Positions 28,347 through 35,990 of a stretch of 64,000 nt of DNA are shown here, in pieces; position 1 is the stretch's first letter; every line of letters begins with the position of its first letter. The notes under the pieces are model-generated. The model ran no database searches and had not been told where the DNA came from. It saw nothing but the letters and a program-made list of their open reading frames with translations. The stretch covers positions 11,758 through 75,757 of the forward strand of contig DATCJU010000094.1 of NCBI GenBank assembly GCA_036562635.1, written 5' to 3'. This stretch comes from Pseudonocardiaceae bacterium (GTDB taxonomy: Bacteria; Actinomycetota; Actinomycetes; Mycobacteriales; Pseudonocardiaceae). The position numbers and the translations under genes are program-made.

Positions 28347-28662
28347 TTCTCGATCATGTCGAACCGAGAAATGTCGACATAGCGATGAATACAGAAATCG
28401 AGAGATCGGAACGATCGGGCTCCCGGTACGGGCCGCTCGACACCCCGGCCCACCAGAAAGGGCGAATCGGAAACAGCACTCCTGGCCGGAAAAAACCCGG
28501 AAAGACGATTGACACCGAACACCAAATCCGGATCAACCCGGAAACCACGGTGCCCACACACAACTCGTCCCCGGCCGGAGGAAACACCGACCGGGGACGA
28601 GAACAGATATCGTCAGGACCGACGACACGTGGCCGGCCGTATCCGCGGCCCGGCCACCGCCG

Positions 28663-28974
28663 TCAGCAGGTCACGCCCGGGTCGGCGTGCACGGCCGCGG
28701 TCACCCGCCAGTCCTGCAGCGTCCGGGCGAGCCCGGCCCACTGCCCCGACTCGGCGGACACCCCCAGCTCACGGATGAAGTCGGCCACGAACTCGGCGCG
28801 TTCGGACTCGGGCAGCTCGGCCGCCCAGGGAAACTCGTCGATCAACACCGCGGTGACCGCGGCATCGTCCACCCGGGCGAGCAGCTCGTACATCGCCCGC
28901 GCCGCCGCCACCGCCCCACGGGCTGCCGAACTCTCGCGGTCCCTCTCCTCGCTCCGCCGCACCTCGTCTGGCAT
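28663..28974 (-). CDS. hypothetical small acidic helical protein
   Basis: 103 aa from ATG 28974, with high GC3. Lies 91 nt downstream of the histidine kinase on the same strand. No family recognised with confidence. Confidence 0.5.
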   Translation of the reverse strand: MPDEVRRSEERDRESSAARGAVAAARAMYELLARVDDAAVTAVLIDEFPWAAELPESERAEFVADFIRELGVSAESGQWAGLARTLQDWRVTAAVHADPGVTC

Positions 28975-29065
28975 ACCGTGATCTTGACGCCTACCCCGAT
29001 CGCCCGCACGACGAATCACCTGAGCGGCGGCACCCCCTGCCCGAACGCGCCGAACACCGGCCCCG

Positions 29066-30226
29066 TCAGGTCCCGGCGGGCAGCGGAACCTCCCAGGTCA
29101 CCGTGGTTCCGGTACTCGGCGAGGACTCCACGGTGCACCGCCCGCCCGCGGCGACCGCCCGCTCCTCCAGGTGCCGCAGCCCGCGCCGGGACACCCCCGG
29201 CGGGATACCGCACCCGTCGTCGGACACCTGCAACCGCAGCCCCGCCGCATCCCGCTCCAGGCGCACCAGCACCGAACGCGCCCCGGAGTGCCGCACCACG
29301 TTGGACAACGCCTCCCGCAGCGCGGCACGGGCGTGGTCGGCCACCGCCACCGGCACGTCGGCGACCTCCCCTGCCACCTCCAGCCGCGGCGGCACCCCGA
29401 GCAGCTCACCGGCGGTCTGCACCTCGGCGCGCACCGAGTCCAGCAGGTCCGGGGCTCGCGCCTCCTCGTCCGGATCGACCGAGGTCAGGGCCCGCACGGT
29501 CGCCCGCACCTCCGCGATGGTGCGGTCCAGCTGGGCCAGCGCCTCACCCAGGCGACGCGCGTCCTGCGGCTCCAGCCGCCCGGACAGCCGACGCTCCAGC
29601 AGCTCCAACTGCACCCCGGCCGCGTACAGCCGCTGCACGATCACGTCGTGCAGATCGCGGGCGATGCGCTCCCGCTCCTGGTAGACCGCCACCCGCTGCC
29701 GCGCGTTGGCCCCCTCGGCCACCACCATCGCCAGCCCGGCCTGCGCCGCGAACGAGGTCAGCAGGTCGACCATGACCGGGGTGAACGGGGGCCCGCCGCG
29801 CCGCCGGTAGACGGCCAGCGCCCCGAGCCGTCGCTCCCGGGTGCCGAACGGCACCACGGCGAACGGCCCGTACCCGCGCAGCAGGGGCGGGACGAACGGC
29901 GCGGTCCGCGGGTCACCGGTGAGGTCCTCCACCGCCACCGGCACCCCGCTGCGCCCCACCCGCGCCGCCACGGACCGGGGGGACAGCACGGTGCCCACCA
30001 CCTGCTCGTCCTCCCCCGGGTCGGGAGGACCGGTGCGGTGCGCCGCCTCCACCACCACCCCGCCACCGTCGGTCGGCACGGTCACCACACCCAGGTCCGC
30101 CGAGGTCAGCTCGGCGGCACGCCGCACCACCAGCGGCAGCACCGAGTCGGGGTCGTCCCCGAGCAGGGCGGCATTGGTGATCTCGGTGGAGGCGGCGAGT
30201 GCCCGGGTGGCCAGTGTCGAGTCCAT
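29066..30226 (-). CDS. GAF domain sensor histidine kinase (HisKA_3 type, DevS/DosT-like C-terminal half)
   Basis: One GAF-like domain, H-box ERERIARDLHDVIVQRLYAAGVQL, and HATPase (NVVRHSGARSV...VSDDGCGIP...GLRHLEERA). Start at ATG 30226. The ORF-track extension is an artefact. Confidence 0.88.
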   Translation of the reverse strand: MDSTLATRALAASTEITNAALLGDDPDSVLPLVVRRAAELTSADLGVVTVPTDGGGVVVEAAHRTGPPDPGEDEQVVGTVLSPRSVAARVGRSGVPVAVEDLTGDPRTAPFVPPLLRGYGPFAVVPFGTRERRLGALAVYRRRGGPPFTPVMVDLLTSFAAQAGLAMVVAEGANARQRVAVYQERERIARDLHDVIVQRLYAAGVQLELLERRLSGRLEPQDARRLGEALAQLDRTIAEVRATVRALTSVDPDEEARAPDLLDSVRAEVQTAGELLGVPPRLEVAGEVADVPVAVADHARAALREALSNVVRHSGARSVLVRLERDAAGLRLQVSDDGCGIPPGVSRRGLRHLEERAVAAGGRCTVESSPSTGTTVTWEVPLPAGT

Positions 30227-30327
30227 GACGAGTCCAGAATGCCGCCTCCCCGGCCCGGTGCGCAGGGCGCAGGCGGTGACCCGGTCCTGCCACACCGGGG
30301 CGCGGGAGGTCTCTCCTCGGAACGTAC

Positions 30328-31335
30328 TCACGGGACGTGCACCTTGGGGATGTGCTGGACACCGATCCGCCGCCGGAACACCCAGTACGTCCAGCCCTGG
30401 TAGACCAACACGGCGGGGGTACCGAACGCGGCCACCCAGGTCATCACGGTCAGGGTGTACGGGCTGGAGGCCGCATCCTGCACGGTCAGCGTGTACGCAG
30501 GGTCCAGGGTCGAGGGCAGCACGTTCGGGTACAGGCTGCCGAACAGCACCACCACGGCGGCGGCGATCACCACGCCGAGCAGGGCGAACGCCTGGCCGTC
30601 CCGTCCGACGGCCAGCCGGGCCGGGGCCGCGAGCCCGGCCACCAGCACCAGCACCACCGGGACCCAGGTCCACCCGCCGCCGTACCGCAGCTGCACCACC
30701 AGCACCAGCAGCGCCAACGGGGCCAGACACGGCACGGCGAACCGCAGCGCGAACCGGGTCGCCCGCTGTCGTACCTCACCGACCGTCTTGAGCGCCAGGA
30801 ACACCGCGCCGTGCAGCAGGCAGAACCCGGCCAGCGCCAGCGCCCCCAGCGCCGTCTCCCAGCTCAGCAGGGCCAGCGGCCCGGCGGGCACCTCACCGTC
30901 GGCGTCCAGCGGCAGGCCCAGCACCACGGCGGTGATCACCATGCCCCAGCCCAGGGGCGGGATCCACGAGCCGACCTGGATCACCCGGTCCCAGTTGCGC
31001 CGCCAACGCTCGGAGTCCACCTTGCCGCGGTACTCGAACGCCACACCCCGGCCGATCAGGGCCAGCAGCACCAACAGCACCGGCAGGTACGCGGCGGACA
31101 ACATGGCGGCGTACCAGGCGGGGAAGGCGGCGAAGGTGGCCCCGATCGCCACGATCACCCACACCTCGTTGCCGTCCCACACCGGCCCGATGGTGTTCAC
31201 CAACACGCGCCGTTCGGTGTCGTCCCTGGTCAGCGGGCCGAGGAGCATACCGACACCGAAGTCGAAGCCCTCCAGGAAGAAGTAGCCGAGCCACAGCAGG
31301 GCCACGATGCAGAACCACACGGTGGGCAGGTCCAT
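30328..31335 (-). CDS. cydB: cytochrome bd ubiquinol/menaquinol oxidase subunit II
   Basis: MDLPTVWFCIVALLWLGYFFLEGFDFGVGML is the canonical CydB N-terminus. Eight or nine TM segments. Confidence 0.95.
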   Translation of the reverse strand: MDLPTVWFCIVALLWLGYFFLEGFDFGVGMLLGPLTRDDTERRVLVNTIGPVWDGNEVWVIVAIGATFAAFPAWYAAMLSAAYLPVLLVLLALIGRGVAFEYRGKVDSERWRRNWDRVIQVGSWIPPLGWGMVITAVVLGLPLDADGEVPAGPLALLSWETALGALALAGFCLLHGAVFLALKTVGEVRQRATRFALRFAVPCLAPLALLVLVVQLRYGGGWTWVPVVLVLVAGLAAPARLAVGRDGQAFALLGVVIAAAVVVLFGSLYPNVLPSTLDPAYTLTVQDAASSPYTLTVMTWVAAFGTPAVLVYQGWTYWVFRRRIGVQHIPKVHVP

Positions 31336-31365
31336 CTCCGGTCCTCTCGGTCCTCGAGCCGCCGG

Positions 31366-32937
31366 TCAGTAGGCGAAGGTGAGCACGTCGTCGGACTCCT
31401 GGCCGTCGGCCCGCCGTCCGCGGTCCTCGTCCGTCCGGGCCGGCATCACCCCGCCGATCCCGGCGCGGGCGAAGCGGGTCAGCAGGAAGAGCTCCACCAC
31501 CGCGAGCACCCCGTACACCACGGTCAGCGTGACCAGCGAGAACACCATCTCGCCGAGCGACACCCCCGAGGAGACGGCCTGCGCGGTGTACATCCACACC
31601 CCGTCCACCCCGCTCGGGTTGGGCACCACCACGAACGGCTGGCGGCCCATCTCGGTGAAGATCCAACCGAAGCTGTTGGCCAGGAACGGGGTGGCGATAC
31701 CCAGCAGGGCCAACCGCGGGAACCACACCGAGTTCGGCATCCGGCCCCGCCGGGTGAGCCAGAGCGCCAGCGCGGCGGCCGCGGCGGCGACCACACCGAA
31801 GCCGATCATCAGGCGGAAGCCCCAGTAGGTGACCGGCAGGTTCGGCACGTAGTCGACGGGCTTGCCCGCCAGCTCGCCCAGCCGCGGGTCGTCCGGGTAG
31901 TTCGTGCCGTACCGCTCCCGGTACTCGACGACCAGGTCCTGCACCCCCTTGACCTCGGTGTCGAAGTCACCGTGTGCCAGGAAGGACAGCAGGGCGGGCA
32001 GGGTGACGCTCTTGACGTTCTCGCAGTCCGGCCGGGTGACGTCACCGACGGCGAACACCGAGAACCCGGCGGGCGCCTCGGTGTGGCACAGCGCCTCGGC
32101 CGCGGCCATCTTCATCGGCTGCTGCTGGAACATCAGCTTGCCCTGGACGTCACCGGTGATGGCGACCGCGGCGAAGGCGATCATGCCGACCCAGGCACCC
32201 AGACGCAGCGAGGTCCGCCACACCCGCCGGTCCTCCTCGACCGACAGCGGGCCGGTGGCCGGGTCCGCCTCGGCGGGAGCGGCCGACCCCGCGGTGGTGT
32301 CCCGGGTGTCGCGGTGCCGCCGCCACAGGTGCCAGGCCGAGATGCCGACCAGGAAGGCACCGGCCACGGCGAACGCACCGGCCAGGGTGTGCGGGAACGC
32401 CGCCAGCACGGTGGAGTTGGTCAGCACCGCCCAGATCGAGGTCAGGCGCGGCCGGCCGTCCACCATCTCCACGCCCACCGGGTGCTGCATCCAGGAGTTC
32501 GCGGCCAGGATGAAGTACGCCGAGGCGACGGTGGCCAGCGAGGCGGCCCAGATGCTGGCCAGATGTGCCCGCCTGGGCAGCCGGTCCCAGCCGAAGATCC
32601 ACAGACCGAGGAAGGTGGACTCGACGAAGAAGGCGACCAGGCCCTCCATGGCCAGCGGTGCGCCGAACACGTCCCCGACGAATCGGGAGTAGGCGCTCCA
32701 GCTCATGCCGAACTGGAACTCCTGCACGATGCCGGTCACCACGCCCATGGCGAAGTTGACCAGCATCAGCTTGCCCCAGAACTTGGTCATCGCCAGGTAG
32801 CGCGCCTCACCGGTGCGGTACCAGGCGGTGTGCATGCCCGCCACCAACAGGGAAAGCCCGATGGTCAGCGGAACCATCAGGAAGTGATAGACGGTGGTGA
32901 TCCCGAACTGCCACCTGGCCACATCGAGGATGTCCAC
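31366..32937 (-). CDS. cydA: cytochrome bd ubiquinol/menaquinol oxidase subunit I
   Basis: LDVARWQFGITTVYHFLMVPLTIG is the canonical CydA N-terminus, and a Q-loop region is present. Start at GTG 32937. Confidence 0.95.
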   Translation of the reverse strand: MDILDVARWQFGITTVYHFLMVPLTIGLSLLVAGMHTAWYRTGEARYLAMTKFWGKLMLVNFAMGVVTGIVQEFQFGMSWSAYSRFVGDVFGAPLAMEGLVAFFVESTFLGLWIFGWDRLPRRAHLASIWAASLATVASAYFILAANSWMQHPVGVEMVDGRPRLTSIWAVLTNSTVLAAFPHTLAGAFAVAGAFLVGISAWHLWRRHRDTRDTTAGSAAPAEADPATGPLSVEEDRRVWRTSLRLGAWVGMIAFAAVAITGDVQGKLMFQQQPMKMAAAEALCHTEAPAGFSVFAVGDVTRPDCENVKSVTLPALLSFLAHGDFDTEVKGVQDLVVEYRERYGTNYPDDPRLGELAGKPVDYVPNLPVTYWGFRLMIGFGVVAAAAAALALWLTRRGRMPNSVWFPRLALLGIATPFLANSFGWIFTEMGRQPFVVVPNPSGVDGVWMYTAQAVSSGVSLGEMVFSLVTLTVVYGVLAVVELFLLTRFARAGIGGVMPARTDEDRGRRADGQESDDVLTFAY

Positions 32938-33014
32938 GCTCCCAGCGTGCTGTCCGGGGTGGTGGTCACGGCAGGTGCGACGGTCCCCTTCCGGCCGGCC
33001 CGGGGGTCCCGCCC

Positions 33015-33034
33015 CCGGGGACCTTGGTCCCGGG
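33015..33034. promoter_or_regulatory. DosR-type box candidate (ccgGGGACcttgGTCCCggg) upstream of cydA
   Basis: GGGAC-N4-GTCCC core, the same spacing as the mycobacterial DosR consensus TTSGGGACTWWAGTCCCSAA. About 87 nt upstream of the cydA start. Extra GTCCC/GGGAC half-sites at 32983, 33006 and 33032. Confidence 0.4.
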
Positions 33035-33104
33035 ACTCTCCGCCCCGGGGTGAGACGGCTCACGGGGTGCTGGGCGGTGGGGTGGGCCGCTCGCTAGCAT
33101 CGGG

Positions 33105-33230
33105 GCGCCTGAGGGGAGTAGTTCCCGGGACCGCTCGAGGCGGTCCGGCGAGGTGATCGACATACTGGTCCGCCGTCGCGGATCCGGTCCCTCACCCGGT
33201 GCGAGCCGGGCGAACGAGACCTCCGGCCGG
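33105..33230 (+). promoter_or_regulatory. yybP-ykoY family manganese riboswitch
   Basis: Conserved blocks GGGGAGTAG (33113..33121), GATCGACATAC (33155..33165) and GAACGAGACC (33212..33221). P1 pairing GCCTGAGG / CCTCCGGC (7 of 8). Lies 70 nt upstream of a UPF0016/GDT1 gene, a known Mn-exporter family controlled by this riboswitch class. Confidence 0.75.
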
Positions 33231-33300
33231 GTGTTGGTGCGCCCGGTCGGGGTCGTGTGTCCCCCCGTCCGGGCCGGACGTGGGAGGAATCGACGACCTC

Positions 33301-33900
33301 ATGACTGCCTGGCTGCTGGCGTTCGCCACCGCCTTCGGTGCGGTGTTCCTGGTCGAACTGCCGGACAAGACCCTGGTCGCGACGCTGGTGTTGACCACGC
33401 GCTATCGGGCGTTGCCGGTGTTCGTCGGGGTGAGCACCGCCTTCGCCGTGCAGTGCGCCATCGCCGTCACCGTCGGGGGTGTGCTCACCCTGCTGCCGGA
33501 CCGACTGGTCGCCGGGGTGGTGGCGGTGTTGTTCGGCGTGGGCGCGTTCCTGCTGCTGCGCGAGGGTTTCGGCCACGACGACCCGGACGAGGCCGACCAG
33601 GCGAGCGGCGGGCGGCGACCGGTGCCGTTCCTGCGGGCCGCGCTGACCTCGTTCGGGGTGCTGTTCGCCGCCGAGTGGGGAGACGCCTCCCAGCTCGCCA
33701 CCGCCGGCCTGGCCGCGAAGTTCACCGCCCCGGTGGCGGTGGGCCTGGGTGCCTGGACGGCGCTGGTGACGGTGGCCGGGATCGCGGTCCTGCTCGGTCA
33801 CCGGATCCGCGACCGTATCCCCACCCACTGGATCCAGCGGGTGGCCGGTGTGGTGTTCGCACTGTTCGCACTGTTCGCCGCCTACCAGGTCGTGGCCTGA
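33301..33900 (+). CDS. TMEM165/GDT1 (UPF0016) family cation (Mn2+/Ca2+) transporter
   Basis: Two E-x-G-D-(K/R)-(T/S)-like motifs (ELPDKT and EWGDAS) in a six-TM duplicated topology. ATG 33301. Confidence 0.85.
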   Translation: MTAWLLAFATAFGAVFLVELPDKTLVATLVLTTRYRALPVFVGVSTAFAVQCAIAVTVGGVLTLLPDRLVAGVVAVLFGVGAFLLLREGFGHDDPDEADQASGGRRPVPFLRAALTSFGVLFAAEWGDASQLATAGLAAKFTAPVAVGLGAWTALVTVAGIAVLLGHRIRDRIPTHWIQRVAGVVFALFALFAAYQVVA

Positions 33901-33990
33901 GCCGGTGCGGGCACACCGCCGCCCGCCCGGCGGGCACCTCCACCGCTGCGCCGACCGGCCCCGGTCCGACGACCCGGAACCGACAGCCGG

Positions 33991-34752
33991 TCAGCGCAGC
34001 GCGGCGGCCATGGACGCGGCGGCGTCGACCACCAGCGGGCCGATCCGCTCGGTGTCGAACGGCTCGAAGGCGACCACGCCCACGCTGGCCCGCAGCCCGG
34101 GCACCCCGCGTACCGGGGCGGCGAGCCCGTGGGCACCGGCCTGGAGCTCCCCCGAGGTGGTCACCCACCGGGGGCCTTCCTCGGGCAGGTCGATGGCCCG
34201 TCCCCCGGCGCCCTGCCGCACCGGGTGCCGGGTGCCCACCCGATAGGCCACGTGGTAGGTGGTCCACGACGGTTCCACCACCGCGACGGCCTGCGCCTCG
34301 TCCCCCTCCGCGACGGTGAGGTGGGCGGTGGCACCGGCCTGCTCGGCCAGCTCGCGCAGCACCGGTATCGCGGCCAGGCGGAGCTGGGGCAGGACCCGCG
34401 CGGCCAGGCGGAGCACGCCGAGACCGAGCCGGACCCGCGACCCCTCCCGACGCACCAGGCCCGCGGCGTGCAGCGGGCCGAGCAACCGGTACACCGCGGC
34501 CCGGCTCGCCCCGATCACGGTGGCCAGGTCGCTGATGTTCGGGGCGTCGGTCTCCGCCTCCGCCACCGCGTTGAGCAGGGCCAGTGCGCGTTCCAGGGTC
34601 AGCGAGCTCTCCTTGGCCGATCCGCGGCCTCCGGCGCCCGACGCGGCCCTGCCCCGGGTCCGCCGCTCGGAAACACCGGTGTGGCCGGCGACGCCGCCCG
34701 ATGCCCCCGGTGGACCTCCGACGTTCGGGTCCGGGCGGGCGGAGGAGACCAT
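33991..34752 (-). CDS. IclR family transcriptional regulator
   Basis: wHTH (LERALALLNAVAEAE...ISDLATVIGASRAAVYRLLGPLHAAGLV) plus a C-terminal IclR effector domain. Lies directly downstream of fahA. Confidence 0.88.
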   Translation of the reverse strand: MVSSARPDPNVGGPPGASGGVAGHTGVSERRTRGRAASGAGGRGSAKESSLTLERALALLNAVAEAETDAPNISDLATVIGASRAAVYRLLGPLHAAGLVRREGSRVRLGLGVLRLAARVLPQLRLAAIPVLRELAEQAGATAHLTVAEGDEAQAVAVVEPSWTTYHVAYRVGTRHPVRQGAGGRAIDLPEEGPRWVTTSGELQAGAHGLAAPVRGVPGLRASVGVVAFEPFDTERIGPLVVDAAASMAAALR

Positions 34753-34754
34753 GG

Positions 34755-35990
34755 CTACCCCCGCGCCTCGTACGGCTCGGCCGGACGCACGGTGCCGGTC
34801 ACCTCGGCGAACCCGACCACACTGCCGTCGGGGCCCGGCGCGGTGGCGGTGATGGTCACCGTGTCCCCGTCCTCCAGGAAGGTGCGCTCGCTGCCGTCAG
34901 CCAGCGTCACCGGTTCCCGGCCGCCCCAGGTCAGCTCCAGGAAGCAGCCGCGCTGTTCCTTCTCCGGTCCCGACACCGTGCCGGAGGCGAACAGGTCACC
35001 CGGGCGCACGGTGGCACCGTTGATCGTCATGTGCGCGAGCTGCTGGGCGCAGGACCAGGACATGGCGGCGAACGGCGGGTGGGCGACCACGGTGCCGTTC
35101 CACTCCACCGCCAGCTTCAGGTCCAGCCCCCACGGCTCCTCCTCGACCAGGTACGGCAGCAGCTCGTGGTCGAAGCCGGGCGTGGGCACCCGCGCCGCGG
35201 ACAGGGCCGCCAGGGGCGTGATCCAGGCGCCGATCGAGGTGAGGAACGACTTGCCCAGGAACGGACCCAGCGGCTGGTACTCCCAGGCCTGGATGTCCCG
35301 GGCCGACCAGTCGTTGACCAGGGCGACACCGAAGACGTGGTCAGCGACCTCGGAGGTGGTCACCCGGGAACGCACCGGACCGCCGCAGACGAACCCGACC
35401 TCGGCCTCGATGTCCAGGCGCCTGCTGGGACCGAACACCGGGGCGTCGGCGCCGGCCGGGCGGCTCTGCCCGCTGGGGCGGACCACGTCCGTGCCGGAGA
35501 CGACGACGGTGCCGGCGCGGCCGTGGTAACCGACCGGCAGGTGGGTCCAGTTGGGCAGCAGCGGGGCGCTGTCGGGGCGGAAGATCCGACCGACGTTCTC
35601 CGCGTGGTGCCGGGACGAGTAGAAGTCGACGTAGTCGGCGACGGTGAACGGCAGCACGGGCTGCACGGCGGACTCACCGGTCAGCGGCAGCAGCTGGGCG
35701 CCCCGGGGCGCCGTGTCCGCGGTGACCAGTGCGACCAACCGCTCCCGCAGCTCGTCCCAGGCGGGACGGCCGGCGGCCAGCAGCGGGTTCAGCGAGTCGG
35801 CGCTCACCAGGTCGGCGAGGCGCTCGCCGAGCTCCCCGGCGAGCGGGCGCAGCGGCAGCGCGTGGTCACCCACCCGCACGGCGAGGACGGGCCGGTCCCC
35901 GACCCCGGGCCCGGTGACCACACCGTAGGGCAGGGTCTGCGGGCCGAACGGACGGTCGGCGGCGAACTCGGGATCGTCGATCCAGGTCAC
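34755..35990 (-). CDS. fahA: fumarylacetoacetase
   Basis: N-terminal FGPQTLPYGVV, core HVFGVALVNDWSARDIQAWEYQPLGPFLGKSF and the C-terminal FAH fold. Start at GTG 35990, overlapping the upstream stop (GTGA). Confidence 0.92.
   Translation of the reverse strand: MTWIDDPEFAADRPFGPQTLPYGVVTGPGVGDRPVLAVRVGDHALPLRPLAGELGERLADLVSADSLNPLLAAGRPAWDELRERLVALVTADTAPRGAQLLPLTGESAVQPVLPFTVADYVDFYSSRHHAENVGRIFRPDSAPLLPNWTHLPVGYHGRAGTVVVSGTDVVRPSGQSRPAGADAPVFGPSRRLDIEAEVGFVCGGPVRSRVTTSEVADHVFGVALVNDWSARDIQAWEYQPLGPFLGKSFLTSIGAWITPLAALSAARVPTPGFDHELLPYLVEEEPWGLDLKLAVEWNGTVVAHPPFAAMSWSCAQQLAHMTINGATVRPGDLFASGTVSGPEKEQRGCFLELTWGGREPVTLADGSERTFLEDGDTVTITATAPGPDGSVVGFAEVTGTVRPAEPYEARG

Noticed and set aside
24006-28662. 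Calling the pentapeptide island a mobile element or genomic island.
   Set aside because: No integrase, transposase, tRNA target, inverted terminal repeats or flanking direct repeats could be found by eye. It is reported only as a compositional and synteny anomaly.
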